64,000 nt of DNA from Raillietiella orientalis (lineage: Eukaryota): assembly GCA_036172245.1 (NCBI GenBank), contig JAYWIR010000032.1, forward strand, positions 930,001 through 994,000, read 5' to 3'. A program made the position numbers and the translations under genes. Below the pieces are notes generated by a model that made no database searches, was not told the origin of the DNA, and was given only the letters and a program-made list of their open reading frames with translations. Below, piece by piece: positions 48,550-61,299 of this stretch; positions within the stretch are counted from its first letter, which is position 1; every line of letters starts with the position of its first letter.

Positions 48550-49250
48550 GGAAGGGCCATGGAGACGCGCTCTGGTGCACCGACCACGGCGAGCAAGTGC
48601 CAGTGAGCCTTCCGCAGGCTAACTGCGAATGAAATCACAGCGAAGTGATGGAAATTCCCCCGAGCGTCGATTCTGCGCTCAAAACATCTGGACCGCTTTA
48701 TTTTGTGCAATAGCAGGCTGAATATCACGTGCTCACGCTCGATCAAAATCCAAGAATAGGCAGGCTCGTTCCAGTTTTAGAAGCAGCCTCGTGCAGAAAT
48801 GCCACGGATTCCTCCGGCTCTACGTCCTCAGGGTTCGTCTTCTGCGTGCTCTCTTTTGGAAACCCTGCCCACTGTGCCCACATCGATGTCACATTGCCTG
48901 CGTCACCGCGTGTCTGAATGGCAGCTTTCCTACCTGATCTGTTCGGATTGCAGAGAGGCAGACAGCACAAGAACCATCATTTTCCGTTCCGTTGGCATGG
49001 AAACGAAAGACGAGCTCGGAAACCGATAAAATACCCGACGAGGAGATGCGCAAAAATCAAAACGAAACTTGAGCAATCGTGTTTATCGATCGGAATCTCT
49101 GATGCAGAAACCGTGGTGTGGCTGAATCAACACCGTACCTCTTGAGCTCACTTCCCCATAAACAAATGAGGGTCTTTTCAAAGGCTCGAATGACGGAAAA
49201 GACCGAGACGAAGTTCCGCAAACAAGGAATAATAATGTCAACAAAGGCAT
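48550..49250 (+). mobile_element. Integrase relic
   Basis: GPLY..YHVLTLDQ..SFGNP..ID; DNA similarity to 51420-51490 (GTTGG.ATGGAAACGAAAGA.GAGC). Confidence 0.5.
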
Positions 49251-49349
49251 CCAAGTTCTTTCTTTTTCTTTTTTCTCTCCTCCCCCACCTCTCCCCCCCG
49301 TCCTGAGTAGAAAACCGTCCACCGAAATCTCGAGAATTTCAATGCAGAA

Positions 49350-50600
49350 AGCACACGGAGCTAACAAGTGAAATTAATACGAAACCGGCGATGCGTTTGG
49401 CAGCCCTTGGAGGCTTCTCTGGGGGGCAAATCGTGTGCTCGCTGTCAGCGCCCGGTTGCAGCAGGAAGCTCCAGACGCGTTTCCCCAAAACGAGTACCGC
49501 CAAAAATACACGCGGTTCAGGAATGGGGGAGGCGCGCCTGCGCGCGATTCCTCCCGCCAAGTAGCCTCGTGGCGACCCCCACGTCCCACTTCGTGTTTGC
49601 CCCGCTCTCCGTGATCGAGACCGTGAGAAATTCCTCCTGGCCCTCGACAGGGGAAAAGGTCCACGGGCTCGAGGAACAGCGCCTGGTGCGACCAATCAGA
49701 TCCGGAAACAAGAAGCGGCCCGCAGGAGTACCAGAATAGATTCCTCGGCGAGGAATTTCTTTCGGAAGTTTGCCGTCTCCCCTCTTCATACTAGGCGCTG
49801 ACGATTCTTTCAAGGAAGGAAGGAAGGGGGAAGGGGGGAGGGGAGGCAAATGCCCGGAAAAGTCATGCGTAGCTGAGAATCCAAGAGAAGTGTCTCCACA
49901 ACGTTCTAATGATAGGCGCGCGTCCTGGAAAGGCGACATTGCCTCACAAGTTTGCTTACGGCGCTTCATCCGAGTGACAGCGCGGAACCAAAATGAAATA
50001 GGTCAGGAGATAACCTGCTGCTGCGTGCTCCACTGATTCCTTCCTTCCTTCCTTCCCGATGCAGTCGCTAAAGTGAAGTGATGAGAGTGGCGAGATGCAA
50101 ACAAGTCAGCAGAGGACCGGAAATGCCGGCATACACATGAGCCACGCTTCTGTCTAGATGGCTCGTCTTCCGAATGGCTTCTGGAAACGTCTCAGCAGAC
50201 ACGAAGCAACCCGAAACGACGCCCCTGCATGGCCGGATGTTTCGATTCCCAATTTCATGCATGTTTGACTATTCGTGAACTTAAGCTGGGTAGGACCTTG
50301 GAAGGATGGCGATCAGGCATGATGAATGCATATATGGAGTCCTTCCTCCTTGTTCTCTGCTCGGGAGGGAATTCTGGGAGGTCGTCTTCAGACCCTCGGG
50401 AGACGCATTTCCTTCCTGTTGCTGCCGCTGGGGCACCACAGAAAATTCGAGCAGGCTCCATCATCACAACAGCTATTTCGTGGATTGGAAATGCTCACAG
50501 CAAGGACTCCGTACAGTGAACCCATTCCGTGTTGGCAGCCTGTAGCACCGTCTCTAGGAAACCTCTACGTGCCTCTTCCGTAGAACGCTCGATAAGAGAT
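49350..50600 (+). mobile_element. Two short integrase relics
   Basis: AENPREV..LPHKFAYG; then VARCKQ..CIYGVLP..LGREF. Confidence 0.4.
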
Positions 50601-50749
50601 CCGCTGCTGTCGACCACCGTCCCTCCTCGGGAGGTGCACAGTGCATTGAAAGCAGGAGATTTCCGAAAAGAATGGATTTTTTTTGTTTTGTTTTTTTGCT
50701 TTTGTCTCTCTCTGTGTCTCTCTTAGTGTTCCCTAAACAAAAAGTGGAA

Positions 50750-51550
50750 CCACTTCTACGAGGAGAGGCAAGAGGATTTTGGAGGGTAAAGGATGCAGTT
50801 ACTTCAGAATCTGCGCTGATCAGCGAGTACCGGCTCCACAGTGGATTTATTTTTCGCTGGGCCACCTGAAACGAAAAAGGTGATCAGTCCACATGATCAG
50901 AGAGCAATATTGGCTGCAGGAAGTAAAGGTGGATCCTTCCTTTGACGTGACCGCTGCCAGAGACAAGCAAACTGGTTCGGAAGGGACGTGAAAGAGGAAC
51001 AAATCGAAGGAAAACGGTTGTCCCTGAAGCTGTTTCCTCAAGCAACCGCCTCGAATCAGGATGCAGGAGCGGCAGTCTCCACGGTGCCTCGAGCACGTCT
51101 TTGCGTTCGGTCTGAATTGAGCGACTCGAGGTCCAGAACGCTCGTGGTGGCACCACACCTTTGCGGAACGACGCGCGATAGCCGAACGGAAGAACGGTGG
51201 ACTTCGCGGCCTTCCGTGGAAGAAAGAACGCATTGTGTTTAAAGACACTGGTGCACGGGATGCTGGACGAATAAACGCGTGCTCACGAGATGATCCATAG
51301 TCCACCATACGAGCGAGCACGGCGGAACAGGGATGGTGGCGCCGGTGACCATCTAGAAGAAAAACTTTCGTGGTGTCGGCCCGAACGGGAAAGGGAACGA
51401 CGCATCGCCAGGGTATTAATGCGAACCTTCTTCCATCCTGTTGGTATGGAAACGAAAGATGAGCGTGGAACTCGGTGAAGAAATGCCCATCAAGCAAACG
51501 GAGCAAGCACAAGGTTCTCTGGTGACCTGGCTAGGCGGGTCCATGGAGTT
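50750..51550 (+). mobile_element. Integrase relic with H2C2 zinc domain
   Basis: GHLKRK..MIREQYWLQ..RDRCQR, TGMVAPVTI*KK, WYGNER. Confidence 0.58.
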
Positions 51551-51569
51551 TGGTTCTAAATCCCGAACG

Positions 51570-52490
51570 ACGTTAAAAATAAATACACATATTTCACGTG
51601 TTTCTTATATATATCAACACATTTACTTATTTATAGATTAATATAATATTAATATACATTGTAAATATAAATACATATTATTATGTATATTAATATATAG
51701 AAAGATAGGTTGATCTACAAATTTATTTTAACACACGTGTTTATTAATATTTATTAACTTGCATATTATTGATACGACTAATAATATGCATCAGTATGTT
51801 ACTAATGTGTACATTATAAAAAATAAATATATGTGCGTATTATGCATATTAACATATATTTGTTATGTAATAAATATCTATTAAATGAAAATGTAAACAT
51901 TGAATTATAAAAAATAAAAAATACTGGTGACAGAAAAAAATAGTGGGGAAAAACAAAAAAAGAACTTGGTATTTCATTTTCCTGTCGTTTCCAACACTCA
52001 ACGAATGAAACTCCTCAGGAAATGACGAGTTCCATTGTCGGGATTTTGATGGATCGATAAAAACACATGTCCACAATTCGATGTTTATATATTGTTTCAC
52101 ATGTATATTTATCATATGCATAAATAAATACCTATAATAAACATATGATCATTTTTATAATCTTTAATATACATTAATACGTATTATTAATTATTTTAAT
52201 GAATGTGTAGAAGTAAATTTCGTGTATTGATCTATATGTAAATAGAGATATCAGTACGTATAATGAGCATATGTATCTATTTTTTATTATGTTTAAAAAA
52301 AATACACTAATCTATATATAATAAATGCCCGTAACTATTTTATCATCCTTATGATAGACATCTATACACAAATATATATTAATATATAATAAACGTACTA
52401 TTAATTATATCAATAAGTACGTATGTTAGGATAAATTTGCACGTTGATCATAAATATATATGTATTACTGTTCATAATAAACACACGTAT
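51570..52490. repeat. AT-rich low-complexity island
   Basis: About 900 bp of ATAT/TATT-rich sequence with abrupt edges in a GC-rich window. Confidence 0.85.
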
Positions 52491-52799
52491 TCATTTTTTA
52501 TGATCTTTCGGGATTTCGATTGGGACCGGGATCCATGCTCGGTCGTTCGGGGAGTTTCCCAGACGAAGCGATGCCCTGGGCAGCATCACCATCAACTCGC
52601 CGCCCCAACTGGAGTCCCCCCAATTCTCCAAATCCTTGGGGTCGTGAGATCACCCGTGAGTCGAAGGCAGCGACGCGGACCGGAAGGTGGACAGGAACCT
52701 CAGCTCCCAGGAGCACTTCACAGAAGATACAATCCCCTGTTAAACGTTCCTGAGACGGTTAATGGGCAAGATGGTGGTCCCAGCCCCCCCCCCTCTCCG

Positions 52800-53520
52800 C
52801 TCTTTTCGTCCACGCGCCTTCTCGAATGCTGCTGCCGTCGTGGCCGCTCCTCTGCTGCCGCTGCAGTCAGGGGAAGAACGGGGCGCTGCTGCCACGGAGC
52901 CCACCGAAAAAGGAAACTCCACCGACGCCGAGTACACGGTCGCGGGGAAGAACAAACGACGGCCCTGCAAAGCTTTTGCCTTTGCAAGCAACACCTCGCA
53001 GCCGAATGTGACGAGGTGCACCCCTGTCCGTTGCCCAAGCTTGTTCCCCTCTGCGAACCTCGCAATCTGAGCAGGTCGGTAGAGTAGGAACCAAAGACTA
53101 CCTTCCCTCGCTCTTGTACAGGGTGGACCATTTAAGACCAGCCTGCCTCAAGCCTGACCTCGAGACGGTGCAGTGCGCAAGTTAGGCAAAGAGCTACTCT
53201 GGTGGTCAGTTTCGTGGCCGATATGGTCCACGCTGCCGTAGGCGAGCACCTCCACTTCCTCTCCGTTTCTAGGTGAGAATCGTCCCTTCTCTTTGCTCCA
53301 CACTAGTGTCTCCTTTCACGGAATTCTCCCCTTACCCCTCGCCGGGCAGTGGAACCCGACGACGCCCTCTCGACGTGCACGTAGGGGCTGCAGCGTCCGC
53401 AGGCTGCTGCGCGGGTGGAAGAAGGTGGTGAGGCACGTGGACCCGGCGGCCAGCTCGGACTTCTCCAGTAAGACCACCTTCCTCGATCCCTATTCAGCCA
53501 AATGGTAGGCGACGCTGCAC
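52800..53520 (-). mobile_element. Tx1 ORF1 relic
   Basis: VLAYGSVDHIGHET..PNLRTA..R, then LPTCSDC knuckle. Confidence 0.45.
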
Positions 53521-53529
53521 CCTACCGTC

Positions 53530-53880
53530 TCTCCCCCAATACGAAGAAACGTTGGAGCAAAGCAATCATGGCTCCCGGTATACCCGAATTTCCCGTTCAG
53601 GTGAACGGGAAAGTAAAACCCTCAAACCCATAGCCTCTACCAGTGCTTCCATGCTTGGCTGATCTTCGGAGGCAACTTTTCCGTACACATGCTGAAGGAT
53701 CTTCCCTTATTAACCCTGCGGGAATTCCTCCGGGTCTCCGTGGGCACTGGAGTCAAAAACATCAGCGTCTTCAGTAGGTGCCGAAATCTTCGATGTCGCA
53801 GATGGCTTTCTTTCGACTTTCGGAAAACAGTGCCTAATTAAGAACAAAAAGTTTCTGCAGTTGCAGCACACAAAGTTGGG
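53530..53880 (+). mobile_element. Integrase relic
   Basis: TLKPIAS..LADL resembles L.PI...F..V..DL. Confidence 0.35.
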
Positions 53881-54465
53881 CCATGCTGCTCTTTAACGCT
53901 GTCCACGTCAACCGAGGGCGCGTGTAACTCTTCAAGTTGTAGGGAGTAACCCCGAAAAGAACCTCTTCCTTATTCTCTCCGGAGAGGTCCCGGGAGGGGG
54001 TCACTTCTCGTTTCTTCTCCTAAGGGAACCGCTCCTTGTTTGCTACTCGGAAGAGAATCCCGAAAGGGACGCTTCCCGATTTCTCTGTGGGGCACCTCCC
54101 CGAAGCGAGCAGCGCTCTTCTTACACTCTGGAGAGACAACCCTACGAGGGAGGTATCAGCCGACTCCATGATAACGCGACGGAGGGTCACCCACCGGTGG
54201 GAAAGGGGACGGCTCCAATTTCACAATCAGAGGGAAACCTCGTGGCTCCTGGATTCCTGGAAGAACCCAGGAAAGTCATCTTCCAATCCCGGCAGTCGAT
54301 GGAAGCAGCTGGCTTTCACCAGAAACCTACAGGCAACCAGCCTCATCTTGCGGGGGAAACTCGGGACCCAGGGGGCACCACCCATTTCTCTGGCGTCGAT
54401 CCTCCACGTGTGGGTTCGAACCGGCGACGCTTTGGTACCGCGCGCGGAGGCCGCAGCGACCACCA
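53880..54465 (-). mobile_element. SINE copy
   Basis: Family body and head; near-identical to 59621-60126. Confidence 0.82.
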
Positions 54466-56114
54466 ACGCGGACTGTTCTCCATCCATCGTGGCAACGCCA
54501 TACTGCCGCATCAGCGCCGTAGCTGACTTCGAAAACTGGAATCCGGTCCACTAGACCAAGGAACGGCTTCCGGTCTTGACTCAGGACAACGGGACCGACC
54601 GTGTCATGTAGCCCGAAGGAGCGTTCTCACGGGTCAATGGACACCCACATGACGAGTCTTCTTGCATCACACACTGGGGGAGACTTCAGCCGCCAGTCAC
54701 CGGTGGTGACAGCCAGGAACGGAAGATCGAACTGCCTCACGACTGGCTGCAACTCTCTCGCATTGCAACGAAGCACTTCAGGACTACAAGAAGAAATGCA
54801 CAGGGGGGATTTTCCACCTCCTTCCTCGACCTGATCAGCTCCCATCCTTACGGACGAATGCCTGGTAAACCAGGGGCAGTTTCCCTCACTGACGTGCTCT
54901 TACTGAGGATACAGAGGACGGCTTATGTCGCTCTTCGGCGACGGGATTGGAACCCGCAGGCTTTCATCATGAACCCAGTGTTATCCCTGTAGGGCAGCTC
55001 CGCTCGCTCGAGTCCCGCCGTCCCAATTGACCCCTTCTTCCGGAAACTCGACTGCGTAAGTTGCGCTCGGCCGTTCTCAGGGGTGTTCCAAGCCGGCGAG
55101 CCCACGACGTGTGCGTCGGCATCGTCGATTCGGACCGCGAGTTATTCCCGAAGAACTCGGCGTCCTCTCGGATCCTGGAACCTCAGCGGGACAGCGGCGG
55201 CAATGAGAGGGTACGGACCGTCCGAGCTCCTGAAAGTGAAAGGGAAAGCGCGTCGTCGTTCCTGTGCGTTTCCCTCTTTTCGCTAGCGCGCCCTCCTTGA
55301 ACGCTCCCCCTGCACCCTCGAGGTGGAAGCACGCGTCCAGGACGATGACGCGACTGCCTTGCCTCGGGGAAGTCCGTGACGCAGGGACGACTCCACGCCG
55401 GTCGCCTGCCAGGGTCCCCCGCCGTCCGCAGCTGAAAGTGCTGCAGCGCGGCCGAGGCGACCGTCCGGCGCCGGAGGGCAAGATCGATCCACTGCCCGCG
55501 TCCCATCTGGCCTTTGGATGGGCAGGAGGTGGAGGAACGAGGCAGGACGAAGGAGCCACGCTGCCCTCAGAGCGCAGGTGGCGCGCCGCGGGTTAGGGCA
55601 AACGATCCTCTCGAAACCCAGAGCTCCGGGAGCAAAGAGAACTTCCGCAGAGGGAGCAGGTGTCGTGGGAAGGGGAGCGCGCGGATGGTGCGGGTCCATG
55701 GAGATTCGCGGGGCAAGTGAAGCGGCGGGAAACCGACGCGTAACTCTCTCTGCCAACGATTCGGGCGCGCGCGCGCCGCTGGCCGACGGACAAGCAGCTG
55801 CGGGAACGCACGGAGGACGGGTCGGGGCAGCCACCCGGAGGACGTCACGCGGCCATGCAACATCCGACGATCAGGGGACGATGTGGTGGACCACCCCCAT
55901 CTCGCGAACAGGAGGATGAGAGGAGCCCCTCCGAGGCGCGGACGCGGACGCACCTGAACGGGTAGACCTCGGCATTCGCTCTCCATGGCTGCCACGGCCG
56001 CTTCAGAGAGGCGCGAGAGCAGCGCCAAGCGCGACCGAGCGGCGAAGCCCACACTCCGGGAACAAAAAAAGAAACAAAAACAACGTTGGTTGGCACCCGC
56101 CTCCGCCGCCACCA

Positions 56115-56444
56115 CTACCCCGGGGAGACGGTAGGGAAGCACGAGGGAAGAACACACACAGTACCTGCTGCTTTCATCTGCGGGAGGCCATCCGTCTGGA
56201 CCGTCGGGAAGGGTGCGCAAGCGGTGGAGGAGAGTCCTTCCTGGGTGGAGAAAGCCGCCGGGTGAGGGTCCCATAGGAACACGTAGTACAGCGACAGGAT
56301 GATGGCGGTGAGAGAAACGAAAATCAGGTAGGCGATCACCGTCAGCACGCGGATGACCTTCGTGTCTGCGAACTTGGTGGGCTCCCCGGCTGCCCGCTGC
56401 GCAGCCTCGCTCCCATCCGGCTTGCATTTGAAGTCATCCGTCAT
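56115..56444 (-). CDS. inaF: InaF-motif small single-pass membrane protein (inaF/INAFM-like)
   Basis: aaaATG start; KVIRVLTVIAYLIFVSLTAIILSLYYVFLWDP matches the InaF motif. May instead splice at 56165 (CAGgtact) to a phase-compatible terminal exon at 55871-55953. Confidence 0.88.
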   Translation of the reverse strand: MTDDFKCKPDGSEAAQRAAGEPTKFADTKVIRVLTVIAYLIFVSLTAIILSLYYVFLWDPHPAAFSTQEGLSSTACAPFPTVQTDGLPQMKAAGTVCVLPSCFPTVSPG

Positions 56445-56498
56445 TTTTGGACCGGAGTCAGAGGGGGGAAGGATCGCTTCTCGCCAAGGGCGTTCGAA

Positions 56499-56506
56499 AA
56501 TCGATA
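56499..56506. promoter_or_regulatory. DRE-like element (AATCGATA) upstream of the InaF ATG
   Basis: Matches WATCGATW about 55 nt upstream of the ATG in a CpG-rich segment. Motif match only. Confidence 0.3.
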
Positions 56507-57199
56507 GATGGCACGCCGCCGCCGCGCCGCGCTGCGCCGCGCGCGCGCGGCAGCGCACTCCGGCAGACCGAGGAGTCTTTGCGAAAGCGGCGGAAAACCG
56601 GCAGTGGCTGCTCGCTTCCTCCTCCCCCCTCCTCCCTATCCCGCCCCTTCCAGGCGAAAGGATGCGCGCGCGCAACCTCAGGAAAAGCTCGGGAGAGATC
56701 TGGGCTCTGTGCTCCCTCGAGGCGCCATTTCAAGCGGCTGCTTTCCGGCGCTCCCTCGGGATGGCTCGAGAGTTTCCCCGGTGCCCTTAGATGACCCCGA
56801 GAACCGGCGAGACGGCGGGGCCGACGACGACCATCGCGACCTACCTTTTGCTCCGCTGATAATTCCTGAACGGTCGAAGGCAGCCGCCCCAAACGGCATT
56901 CCCGTTTGGGGATTTGCGTTTCGCTTTTTTTTTTTTTTTTGTGCGTTTTTTTTTCTTCTTCTTTTTCTTTCCCTTTTTGTTCCCTCAATTATCTGTGGAA
57001 CTCATCGGTGATCTTCGCACGGGTACTTCAAATCATCTTCCATCTTGAGAGCGAGGCGAGAAGCAGGAGCACTCGATACTGGGAAGGGTTTCCAGCCGAG
57101 CACATCCCGCCGAGTGGGTCACTTATGGGGCGTTCCTATCGACCAACTGCTTTTTCTGCCTGCGACGTCCGCCCGCTGAGAGCCCGGCGGAGAGGCGGG

Positions 57200-57860
57200 G
57201 AGCGCCATGACACTTGACACGGGTCATCAAGCTGGACTTCCGAAACAGACACACGAAAGTCATTCCACAGTGTAAGATTCAGACAATCGTGCACCATGGA
57301 GTGCTCCCATGATTCCAACGGCTACCCCTCGTTGGAAGTTAATTTTCCCGTGCCATATTATGGTACACTACACATTTGTTAATATGGTACCTATAACTCG
57401 AGAGCACAGTTCCAAAGATGCGACACGGAACGGTATTTGGCGCCAGGAGCAACGCGAAGACATCCAATTAAGTAATCAGTAGTTCATTTTTTAAACGCTG
57501 CCTGACAAGTACGAATAACTTGACGATAATACATATGGATGACCAGTTCTTGATGAATGAAAGTACCATCGAAGAAATGCAAATTGCAGGCGCTCGCGGA
57601 TTCGCCTGGCGCGGGGGCGCATGCAAACCAAAAGAAAAAAGATCCTCCTGGCGGCAGTCCTCCGTATGGAGCGACCAATCAGCCTCGTACGACGCTGTGG
57701 ATAAATTTCCGTTTCGTGGCACAGTGTCAGCTCAGCTGCTTCCAAATGAACACGAACACGTAATTCGGGCAAACCGAACCGTTTCCTTCACACTTTCGTG
57801 CATAAAGATAGCGGGGAACATGGAAAAGGAACGGGATGATGGAAATCCTTTCTTTCCTGT
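57200..57860 (+). mobile_element. Integrase relic
   Basis: KVIP..ECSHD, WSDQ, VIRANRTVSFTL, PVFA. Confidence 0.52.
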
Positions 57861-58600
57861 CTTCGCAGTTCTTCGACACGGTTCCACGCCACCCGAGGGT
57901 GGGTAATTCTTCAAGATAGGGGGTATACCGGGAGGGGTTCTCCCTATGAATCCAGGAAGGACTTGTTCCTCTCACGCCTGGGGAGGGATCCCGGAAACGG
58001 AGATCACCTCCACCCTGGTTGTCTCCGAAGGGGAATCCAGAAGGGAATCCTCCTTCCTTATTCTCTCCGAAGGACCCCCAGGGGGGTCCGCTCCATTATT
58101 TCTTCTCTGAAGGGAACCCGGAAAGGATCCGATCCTGGAATTTCTTCTCCGGAAGGATCTCCCGCATGGGATTCTCTCCTGTTTTTACTTCTCTGAAGAG
58201 AACCCGGAAGGGACGCTTCCGAAATTCAGAAGGACGCAGCTTCCCTGAAGGGATCGACTCGCTTCTCTGCACTCTCTGGAGAGGTGGCGGCGACACACTT
58301 ACTCCATCAGTACGACGTGGATGCCCCCCCGGAATGAGGGGTCCACTCCTTCACAACCAGAGGGGAGCTCCCACTTCCCGATTCCTGTAAGTACCCGGAG
58401 GTCGACTCCCATTTGTCCCGGCCCTCATCGCAGGCATCCGGTTTGAACCGCTACCAGTGCCGCACCCGGATGAATGTTAAGTCAACCAGCGTCATCTTGT
58501 GGGGTGAACTCGGAACCCACGACGCACTGCGTCGCTTCCTTCGGAGTATTCGAACCCGCGACGCATGGTGGTGCCACGCGCGGAGACCACCGTAACCACT
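57860..58600 (-). mobile_element. SINE copy
   Basis: Family body; B box (plus strand TATTCGAACCC) near 58550. Confidence 0.78.
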
Positions 58601-59479
58601 TCCTCGATAGTTTTCGACAACGGGAAGCTACAGAATTATTTAAAAAGTGGATTGCATATCGACAAAACTCCAAAAAACCACTTTCTTTTTTTTTACTTTT
58701 ACATTCAAGTTAAATAATGAATACTTTTTATTTCATTTACCTTTTTGGTTCGAAGTGAAGTAATACGTATCCCAGTGTTGCCACGCCGAAGAAACAGCTC
58801 ATATCATTTATGAATGAATACTCTTGTATTATCCATCTATAACCCGTAGGGCGCGTATAACACCGCGCCTACTCTACACGGACAACTTCCTTAATTAACT
58901 CATCTACCACTATTACTTCCTAATTCAATTATTCCAAAAAGTCCACTCAACTTGTTCTCCAGCACCCTTTCGCCCCTTCTATTCCTCGTCATCATGCTCA
59001 CTCCCTCAGGTGTACTCCCCGGCCCAGGATCTTCACCAAAGTTTCACCCATCTTCATTTCATCTTCATCGCTTTCCCTCCTTATCTGCTGGAACAGTAAA
59101 GAGTCCAGAAAAATCCTCGAGTGCAGAGAGCAAATTTGGCAAAACAAAGGCGTCCGGCACAGAGTGCCCTTGCCGTTCCCGGTCTCCTCCATCTTCAAGA
59201 AGCATCGGATTCATCCGATCTTCGCCGGCGGGGTTTCGTTTCTTCCGTCTCGAAAGCAGCGCACACGCCGCTACTCCTGCAAGGGTCCCGAAGGAGTTGC
59301 AGGGTTTCCCCGAAGTCTTTATGCCAGCAGGGCAAGCGGCAGCACACCAGGACGGACGCGATGGCGCAGAGCCGGACAACCGGAGCAAGAAAAAGAAAAG
59401 CGTCACGGAAGAAGTAAAAGCCCCTGACATGAAAACAGGGGAAAGTAAAGAGTATTGAAGAAGCGTTGGCCTGGAGCTC

Positions 59480-60130
59480 GAACCAAGCTCTCGAACGCTG
59501 TCCACACGAGTGTGCGAGCCACTCTTCAAGTTACAGGGGGTGACCACGTAGGGTCCACCCTATGAATCCAGGAAGGTTCCCGAGAAAGGGTTCTTTTCCT
59601 CTTACACGGGGGAGGGAACTCCGAAAAGAACCTCTTCCTTATTCTCTCCGGAGAGGTCCCGGGAGGGGGTCACTTCTCGTTTCTTCTCCTAAGGGAACCG
59701 CTCCTTGTTTGCTACTCGGAAGAGAATCCCGAAAGGGACGCTTCCCGATTTCTCTGTGGGGCACCTCCCCGAAGAGAGCAGCGCTCTTCTTACACTCTGG
59801 AGAGACAACCCTACGAGGGAGGTATCAGCCGACTCCATGATAACGCGACGGAGGGTCACCCACCGGTGGGAAAGGGGACGGCTCCAATTTCACAATCAGA
59901 GGGAAACCTCGTGGCTCCTGGATTCCTGGAAGAACCCAGGAAAGTCATCTTCCAATCCCGGCAGTCGATGGAAGCAGCTGGCTTTCACCAGAAACCTACA
60001 GGCAACCAGCCTCATCTTGCGGGGGAAACTCGGGACCCAGGGGGCACCACCCATTTCTCTGGCGTCGATCCTCCACGTGTGGATTCGAACCGGCGACGCT
60101 TTGGTACTGCGCGCGGAGGCCGCAGCCACG
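59480..60130 (-). mobile_element. SINE copy
   Basis: Family body and head. Confidence 0.82.
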
Positions 60131-60139
60131 CTGCCGTCA

Positions 60140-60656
60140 ACGCAGGAGCAGTTAAGCAGTGAAGGAACCGCGTGCTCGTGGTCTCGTGGTCTTTCTTAGC
60201 ACCATGGCACCGCTTCTTTCGCTTTGGACTGCACTGACACTGCGCTGACTCTTGACTGCGCGAATCGAAACCAGTCTTACCGGAACGCTTTCAGCAGCGC
60301 CGGTTTGCACCGAGGTCCTCTCATCAGGCGCGCAACACTCAATCACTAGACTGAAACCCCATAGGGGAATGCCCTCCAGAGGGGAATCGATCCCCGGCGG
60401 AGGGCAAGCGAACCAACCGCCTGAAGGAAACCGGGTGCGACCTATGTGGTGACAGTCGACAAACAGTGGGCTGGAGGGAAGGGCGCTGTGCGCGCAGTCA
60501 ACGGCACAAAGGCAAGAAGACGCGAGATCGAAACGATGGCTGGGGATTCTCTGGGACAAGCGGTGGGTAGAGATCGTTGCAGTAGACAGCGGCAATTTGA
60601 CACGCACTCAGCGGTGTCGCCCCTTCCCGGGAACGCAAGCAGCAACGTCGCTTTCG

Positions 60657-60687
<31 letters not shown>

Positions 60688-61150
60688 CTTCTCCTGCATC
60701 ATGGACCGTGGGAAATGCAGGCCATCATTCCAAATGAGGGAGATCCGGGAGTTTCGCTACAGTCCTTGGTTCACAAGAGGACACGAGGTCAACGAGAGGA
60801 AGCACCTCCCCCCTCCTTTAGAGTACAACCGATTGTCTGGTCCAGGGGTAGGCAATCGGAGGGTATGGGAAGAAGCAGACCTGAGGTGCCCGCTTCGCGA
60901 GGATTTGACTTCGAGGCGAGAGCTCTGGCAGCGTCACACAACAGGAAACCAAGCGTGCTCAAGAGATAAAAGGCATCAAGTGTTCACTCCGACTGCCGTG
61001 AAAATTATGGCGAGAGAATGTCCATCCACTCTCATTTTCATTCCGTCCGATGAGGACCCTCTGGAAGCACCTTTTGGAGCCTTCTAGAAGTTGAAAATTG
61101 GAAGCAACCAAGCACGTCTCTACTATTTTTCAATGCGTGGGGGGTGTCAG
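60140..61150 (+). mobile_element. Two integrase-core relics
   Basis: FFRFGLH*HCADS*LRE; IIPNEG / IREF..YNRL..LWQRH..FTP. Confidence 0.42.
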
Positions 61151-61299
61151 CAGCACAGGAATGTACGAAGCAGCGATAAGTCATAACGTACGCAACAGCA
61201 AGGAATAAAAATAGCACATCCGTGCTCCTGAAGTGCATGTGAAACTCATGAGTGATACGCCATGATGACTCCGCAAGGGTTCGTCAGTAAACTCCCTCC

